A stretch of DNA of 64,000 nucleotides. Source: the human T2T-CHM13v2.0 reference genome, Homo sapiens. The stretch lies in NCBI RefSeq assembly GCF_009914755.1, contig NC_060947.1; one strand, 5' to 3'. A program made the position numbers and the translations under genes. Below the pieces are notes generated by a model. That model searched no databases and was not told where the DNA came from. It was given only the letters and a program-made list of their open reading frames with translations. Positions 47,331 to 64,000 of this stretch are shown here, in pieces. The stretch's first letter is position 1, and every line of letters starts with the position of its first letter.

Positions 47331-50300
47331 TAATTTTTAAAATTGTGGTAAGAAATAACATGGTATCTACCCTCTTAAGAAAATTTTGAGTGTACAGTAC
47401 AGTATTATAAATTATATGCACATTAATGTCCAGAAGATATCTAAAACTTTGTATCTTGCATGATTAAAACTCTATACTCATTGAACAGCATCTCCACATT
47501 TCCCCGTTTCCCTGGGTTCTATCAATTTGATTACTTTTATGTACCTCCTATAACTGAAATAATGTAGTATTTGTCCTTCTGTGACTAGTTTATTTCATTT
47601 AGCATAAAGTCCTCAGGATTCTCATGTTGTATGCCTGGATTGTATGACTGGATATGACAGGATTTTCTTCTTTTTAGAAGCTGAATAATATTCTATTATG
47701 CACATATGCCACATTTTCTGTATCTATTCATCCATTGATGGACATTTAGGTTGTTTACACGTCCTGGCTATTGTAAATAATGCTACAATGAAGATAGGAG
47801 TGCAAATATCTCTTCTAGATACTGTTTTCAATTCTTTTGGATAAATACTTAGCAGTGGGGTTACAAGATCATATGGTAGTTATATTTTTAATTTTCTGAG
47901 GAACCTCCATACTGTTTTCCAAAGTGGCTACACCATTATATAGTCCCAACAACAGTGCACAAGAGTTCCAATTTTTCAATAACACTTGTTATTTCCTTTT
48001 TAAAGTAAATTTTATTATACATAAGTGAGGTATACATATATAATGATGTTATGAGGTACACATATATAGTAAAAATATTACTATAGTGAAACAAATCAAC
48101 ATATTGGGTCATCTCATATAGTTACCTGTTTTCCCTCCTGTGGCATGAGCAGCTGTAATCTGTTCATTTGGCAAAAATCATGAATACAGTGCACTACTAT
48201 TACCTATAGATATCATGTTTGTAAGACCTAATGTACGACACTAGTTACTTTCTGGTTTTTGTTTTGTTTTGTTTTAATCATGGCCATTTTAATAGGCATG
48301 AGGTGATCACTCATTTTGGTTTTGATTTGTATTTCTCTGATGATTAGTGATGTTGAGCATCTTTTCATATACTTCTTAGCCATTTGCATGTCTTCTTTGG
48401 AGAAATATCTATTCAAGTCCTTTTCTCATATTATAATCAGTTCATTTTTTCTATTGAGTTGTACAAGTTCCTTTTATAGTTTGGATATTAACTCCTTATC
48501 AGTTGTGTAGGTTTTCAAATATTTTCTCCCATTCCGTGGGTTTCCTTTAACTCTGTTGATGTGTTCCTTTGCTATGCAGAAGGTTTTTAGTTTGATTTGG
48601 TCTCACTTGTCTATTTTTCCTTTTGTTGCCTGTGCTTTTGGTGTCTTATCCAAAAAATCATTCCCAAGACTGATGTTATGAAGCTATTTCCTTATGTTTT
48701 CTTCTAGGAGTTTTATAGTTTCAGGTATTACAGTTAAGTCTTTAATCCATATTGAGTTGATTTTTGTATATTGTATAAGATAAGGGTCCAATTTCATTCT
48801 TTTGCATGTAGATATCCAGTTTTTCCGGCACCATCTGTTAAAGAGATTATCATTTTCCTATTATGTAGTCTTGGCACCATTGTTGAATATCATTTGACTG
48901 CATGTGTGTGCGTTTGTTTTTGGGCTCACTATTCTTTTCGAAATTGGTATATGATTGCCTTTATGTCAGTTTCATACTGTTTTGATTACTGTAGCTTTGT
49001 AATATGTTTTAAAATCTTGGAGTGTGAGGTCTCCAACTTTGTTGCTCTTTCTCAATATTGTTTTGGCTATTGGGAGTCCTTTGTGGATCTATGTGAATTT
49101 TAGGATTGTTTTCTATTTTTGTAAAAAATGCCATTGGGATTTTGATGGGGATCACATTGAATCTGTAGATAGCTTTGGATAACATGGACATTTTAACATT
49201 ATTAAGTCTTCCAATCCATTAATACAGATGTATTCCAACTTACTTGTGTCTTCTTTAGTTTCTTCCAACAATGTTTTGTAGTTTTGTAGATGTAAACTTA
49301 GGTTGTTAATTGAGATCTTTCTTTCTTTTAATGTATGTTTTTATCTCTATAAAATTCCCTATTAGTACTGCTTTTGCTGCATCTCATAAGTTTGGGTATG
49401 TTATGTTTTCATTTTTGTTGGTCTGAAGATATTTTGAAATTTTTATTAAGATTTCCTGTTTGACCTATTGGTTATTCAAAAGTGTGTTTTTTAATGTACA
49501 TATTTTGAATTTTCCAACTTTCTTTAAGCTATTATAAAAGCTCTTTGTCACCTTGGTTAAGTTTATTTCTAAGTATTATATTCTTTTGATGCCATTGAAA
49601 ATACAATTGTCCTGATTTTTTTGGATTGTTAATACCTAGTCTATGGAAGTGCAACTGCTTTTTATTTGTGATTTTGTGTTCTTCAACTTTATTGAATTTG
49701 TTTATTCTAACAGGTATTTTTGTGGAGTCTTTAGGATTTTTTATATATGAGATCACTTCATCTGCTAAAAGAGATAATTTTTCTACTTTCTTTTCTATTG
49801 GATGTTTTCATTTTTTTTTCTTAGCTAATTGCTCTGGAGAGGATTTCCAATGCTATGTTGAATAGAAGTGGTGACAACAGGCATCCTTGCCTTGTTCCTG
49901 ATCTTAAAGGAAAAGCTTTCAGTTTTTTATCATGAAGTATGATGTTAGGTGTGGACTCTTCATATATGATTTTGTTGACCATATATGGTTTTGTTGAAAA
50001 TTGTTGAGACAATTTTCTTTTGTTCTTAGTTTGTTGAGAGTTTGTCACAAAAGGGTGTTGAATTTTGTCAAAAAATATTTCTGTGTCTATTGAGATGACC
50101 ATGGAATTTTTATTCTTCACTTTCTTAATGTGATGTATCATATTAAGTGATTTTTTATATGGTTAGCCATCCTGGATTCACAAGGATAAATCTCACTTGG
50201 CCATGATTTATAATCCTTTTTAATATGCTGTTGAATTTGACTTGCTAGTATTTTGTTGAAGATTTTTGCATCTATGCTTATCAAATATATTGGCTTATTG

Positions 50301-50882
50301 ATTTCTTTTCTTCTTGTGTCTTTGTCTGGATTTGTTAAAAGGGTAATGCTGTCTTCATAAAAGGAGTTTAGAAGTATGCCTTCCCCTTCAATTTTTTTGG
50401 AAGACTTTAAGAAGGATTATTTGTAGGGGGGTTATTAACTGATTTAATCTTCTTACTAGTTACAAGTATGTTCAGATTTTCTCTTTCTTCATGATTCAGC
50501 GTTGGTAGGTTATAGAGTTCCAGGAATTTATCCATTTCTTTCAGGTTATTGAATTTATGGACAAATAGTTGGTTATATTGATTTCTTTTAATCCTGTTAA
50601 TTTCTGTGGCATCAGTTTTTATGTTTCCTCTTTCATTTCTGATTGTTTTGAGTCTTCTCTTTTCTTATGCTAGCTAAAGATTTGTCAATATTTTTTATCT
50701 TTTCAAAAAAGCGCTTTTAATTTTATTGATCTTTTCTATGTTTTTTTCTTCTCTGTGTATTTCTGCTCTGGTTTTTATCATTCCTTTCCTTCTGCTCACT
50801 TTAGTCTCAGTTTGCTCTTCTTTTTCTAGTGCCTTCAGATGTAAAGTTAAGTTGTTAATTGAGATCTTTCTTTCTTTTTTAG
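47331..50882 (-). mobile_element. L1MA/MB-type LINE-1, with a nested L1 3' fragment (~47995-48215) and a displaced segment (49288-49525)
   Basis: ORF2 remnants on the - strand ([42 protein letters not shown]). Confidence 0.88.
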
Positions 50883-51084
50883 GTGGAAGAAATATGGATA
50901 TGCTGTATTCTGTTTGAAAGGATTCATCATGAACCAGAAAAAAATCAATGAAAAGGGGCATTTCACCTAGATTAAATTTTGCAATTTTTAAAAAGCATAT
51001 GAACAAAGAAACTATCCTCCAAACATCCAAATAAGGAAGAATACTTTACCTAACAATAGGAACAAATTAAAAATAATTGATTCA

Positions 51085-51580
51085 GCCTAAGACTTTTTTT
51101 TCAGCGAAGAAGTAGTTTAATAATTGCAGGGCCAGCCAAATAAGGAGAAAGGGAAAAAACTTCTCAAACCCATCTCTCTGAGAATTTGGAGGCTAGGTTT
51201 TTTTAAGGACACTTTGGCAGGCAGGGGATAGGAAACTTTTAAGAAATGATTGACTGGGGATGAAATCACAGGGGTACCTAAAACTGTCTCGGCTTAGCTG
51301 AGTCAGTTCCTGGGAGGGGGCTGTCTTGGGACCAGGTGGCATCTCTTGGTCAGCTCTTGGTCTGCTTATAAATCTGAAAAATATCTCAAAGACCAGTTTT
51401 TTTAAGTTTCATAATAGTGATGTTATCTATAGGAGTAGTTGGAGAAGTGTAAAACTTGTGACCCCCAGTTACATGACTCGGCAGCTGTAAGCAACTTATA
51501 GAAAAACACATAAAGCAATGGCAGGTAATTGTTTAATTATGTCTATTGTTTAGCAAAGTTCATGGCCCCACCATAATTCT
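51085..51580 (-). mobile_element. ERV1 (MER4-group) LTR fragment, cut by the L1MA at its right end
   Basis: ctcaaacccatctctctgagaatttggaggctagg and gctgagtcagttcctggg motifs; family from memory. Confidence 0.55.
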
Positions 51581-60540
<8,960 letters not shown>

Positions 60541-63500
60541 TCTTTTATGTTTTTTTATTTTTATTCTTATTTTTATTTTTTTATTATACTTTAAGTTCAG
60601 GGATACATGTGCAGAACGTGCAGGTTTGTTACGTAGGTATACATGTGCCATGGTGCTTTGCTGCACCCATCAACTCGTCATCTAGGTTTTAAACTCCACA
60701 TGCATTAGATATTTCTCCTAATGCTATCCCTCCTTTTGTCCAACATCCCCCAACAGGCCCCAGTGTGTGATGTTCCGCTCCCTTTGTTCATGTATTCTCA
60801 TTGTTCAACTCAAATTTATGAGTGAGAACATGCGGTGTATGGTTTTCTGTTCCTGTGTCAGTTTGCTGAGAATGATGGTTTCCAGTTTCATCCATGTTTC
60901 TGCAAAGGACATGAACTCATTCTTTTTTATGACTGCATAGTATTCCATGGTGTGTATGTGCTGCATTTTCTTTATCCAGTCTATCATTGATGGGCATTTG
61001 GGTTGATTCCAAGTCTATGCTATTGTAAATGGTGCTGCAATAAACAAACATGTGCATGTGTCTTTATAGTAGAATGACTTGTAATCCTTTCAGTATATAC
61101 CCAGTAATGGGATTGCTGGATCAAGTGATATTTCTCATTCTAGATCCCTGAGGAATCACCACACTATCTTCCACAATGGTTGAACTAATTTACATTCTCA
61201 CCAACAGTGTAAAAGCATTCTTATTTCTCCACATCATTTCCAGAATCTGTTGTTTCCTGACTCTTTAATGATCGCCATTCTAACTGGCATGAGATGGTAT
61301 CTCATTGTGGTTTTGATTTGCATTTCTTTAATGACCAGTGATGATGAGCTTTTCTTCATATGTTTGTTGGCTGCATAAATGTCTTCTTTTGAGAAGTGTC
61401 TGTTCATATCCTTTGTCCACTTTTTGATGGGGTTGTTTTTTTCTTGTAAATTTGTTTAAGTTCCTTGTAGATTCTGGATACTAGACTGTTGTCAGATGGA
61501 TAGATTGCAAAATTTTTCTCCCAATCTGCAGATTGCCTCTTCACTCTGATGATAGTTTCTTTGCTGAGCAGTTCTTTAGTTTAATTAGATCCCATTTGTC
61601 AATTTTGGCTTTTGTTGCCATTGCTTTTGGTGTTTTATCCATGAAGCCTTTGCCCATGGCTATGACCTGAATGGTATTGCCTAGGCTTTCTTCTAGGGTT
61701 TTTATGGTTTTAGGTCTTACGTTTAAGTCTTTAATCCATCTTGAGGTAATTTTTGTTTAAGGTGTAAGGAAAGGTTCCAGTTTCAGTTTTCTGCATATGG
61801 CTAGCCAGTTTTCCCAGCACCATTTATTAAATAGGGAATCTTTTCCCCTTTGCTTGTTTTTGTCAGGTTGGTCAAAGATCAGATGGTTGTAGATGTGTGG
61901 TGTTATTTCTGAGACCTCTGTTCTGTAACATTTGTCTATATATATGTTTTGGTACCAGTACCATGCTGTTTTGGTTACTGTAGCCTTGTAGTATAGTTTG
62001 AGGTCAAGTAGTATGATACCTCCAGCTTTGTTCTTTTGGCTTAGGATTGTCTTGGCTATACGAGCTCTTTTTTGGATCCATATGAAATTTAAAGTAGTTT
62101 TTGTAATTCTGTGAACAAAGTCAATTGTGACTTGATGGGAATAACATTGAATCTATAAATTACTTTGGACTGTGTGGCCATTTTCACGATATTGATTCTT
62201 CCTATCCATGAGCATGGAATGTTTTTCCTTTTGTTTGTGTCCGAGGTCTATTTCCTTGAGCAGTAGTTTGTAGTTCTCCTTGAAGAAGTCCTTCATGTCC
62301 CTTCTAGGTTGTATTCCTAGGTATTTTATTCTCTTTGTAGCAATTCTGAATGGGAATTCACTTATGGTTTGGCTCTCTGTTTGTCTATTATTGGTGTTTA
62401 GAAATGCTTGTGATTTTTGCACTTTGATTTTGTATCCTGAGATTTTGCTGAAGTTGCTTATCAGCTTAAGGTGTTGTTGGACTGAGACCAAGGGGTTTTC
62501 TAAATATACAATCATGTCATCTTCAAACAGACACAATCTGACTTTTTTTCTTTGTATTTGAATACCTTTTATTTCTTTCTCTTGCCTGATTGCCCTGGTC
62601 AGAACTTCCAATAATATGTTGAATAGGAGTGGTAAGAGAGGGCATCCTTGTCTTGTGCCAGTTTTCAAAGGGAATGCTTCCAGCTTTTGCCCATTCAGTA
62701 TGATATTGGCTGTGGGTTTGTCATAAATAGCTCTTATTATTTTGAGATACGTTCCATCAGTGCCTAGTTTATTGAGTGTTTTTAGCATGAAGGCCTGTTG
62801 AATTTTATTGAAGGCTGTTTGTGCATCTGTTGAGATAATCATGAGGTTTTGTCATTTGTTCTGTTTATGTGATGGATTATGTTTACTGATTTGCATATAT
62901 TGAACCAGCCTTGCATCCTGGGGATGAAGCCAACTTGATCGTGGTGGATAAGCTTTTTGATGTGCTCCTGGATTCAGTTTGTCAGTATTTTAGTGAGGAT
63001 TTTCACATCAATGTTCATCAAGGATATTGGCCTGAAATTTTCTTTTTTTGTTTCTCTGCCAGGTTTTGGTATCAGGATGATGTTGGCCTCATACAGTGAG
63101 TTAGGGAGGAATCCCTCTTTTTCTATTGTTTTGAGAAGTTTCAGAAGGAATGGCACCAGCTCTTCTTTGTACCTCTGGTAGAAATTGGCTGTGAATCCCT
63201 CTGGAGCTTGGCTTTTTTTGGTTGATAAGCTATTAATTACTGCCTCAATTTCAGAACTTGTTATTGTTCTACTCAGGGATTCAACTTCTTCCTGGTTTAG
63301 TCTTGGTAGGATGTATGTGTCCAGGAATTTATCCATTTATGCTAGATTTTCTAGTTTATTTGCATAGAGGTGTTTATAGTATTCTCTGATGGTAGATTGT
63401 ATGTGTGTAGGATCTTTGGTGATATCCCTTTTATCATTTTTATTATGTCTATTTGATTCTTCTTTCTTTTCTTCTTTATTAGTCTGGCTAGCAGTCTATT

Positions 63501-64000
63501 TTGTTAATCTTTTCAAAAAACCAGCTTCTGGATTTATCGAGTTTTTGAAAGGTTTTTCATGTCTCTATCTCCTTCAGTTCTGCTCTGATCTTAGTTATTT
63601 CTTGTCTTCTGCTAGCTTTTGAATTTGTTGCTCTTGCTTCTCTAGTTCTTTTAATTGTGATGTTAGGGTGTTGATTTTAGATCTTTCCCAGTTTCTGATG
63701 TGGGTATTTAATGCTATAAGTTTCCCTCTAAACACTTCTTTAGCTGTGTCCCAGAGATTCTGGTATGTTGTGTCTTTGTTCTCATTGTTTTCAAAGTACT
63801 TTCTTATTTCTGCCTTAATTTCATTATTTACCCAGTAGTCATTCAGAAGCAGGTTGTTCAGTTTCCATGTAGTTGTGTGGTCTTGCGTGAGTTTCTTAAT
63901 CTTGAGTTCTAAATTGATTGCACTATGGTCTGAGAGACTTTGTCTTATGTTTTCCATTCTTTTGCATTGCTGAGGAGTGTTTTACTTCCAATCATGTGGT
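60541..64000 (-). mobile_element. L1PA7/8-like LINE-1, continues beyond the window
   Basis: T-rich tail; 3'UTR catctaggttttaaactccacatgcattag; ORF2 RT remnants (LFEDDMIVY). Confidence 0.95.

Overview
Great-ape (most likely human) genomic DNA with no supportable protein-coding exon. Most of the window is retroelement debris: four L1PA elements (two full-length, two cut by the window edges), older L1PA/L1MA/L1M hosts, a 5'-truncated SVA, about 11 Alus, a near-complete Tigger1, and L2, MIR and LTR fragments. A CpG island at ~33.9-35.1 kb carries adjacent NRF1 and RFX X-box motifs and a probable non-coding first exon of a + strand gene that I cannot name. The main results are at insertion junctions: (1) an exact antisense copy of the 5' 28 nt of tRNA-Gly lies inside the target-site duplication (TSD) of an old L1; (2) a full-length L1PA6-like element has a scrambled ORF2 (order X-B-invC-invA-E) with 14-19 bp duplications at three breakpoints; (3) the SVA carries a MER53-like 3' transduction; (4) a perfect 62-bp inverted insertion is copied from an L1 1.2 kb away; (5) a full-length L1 has no TSD and removed ~200 bp of its host; (6) one L1 has a 3' end from a younger subfamily than its body. 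Subfamily names come from remembered diagnostic motifs, not from a RepeatMasker run. I found no evidence of a new gene system, only unusual retrotransposition and repair footprints.
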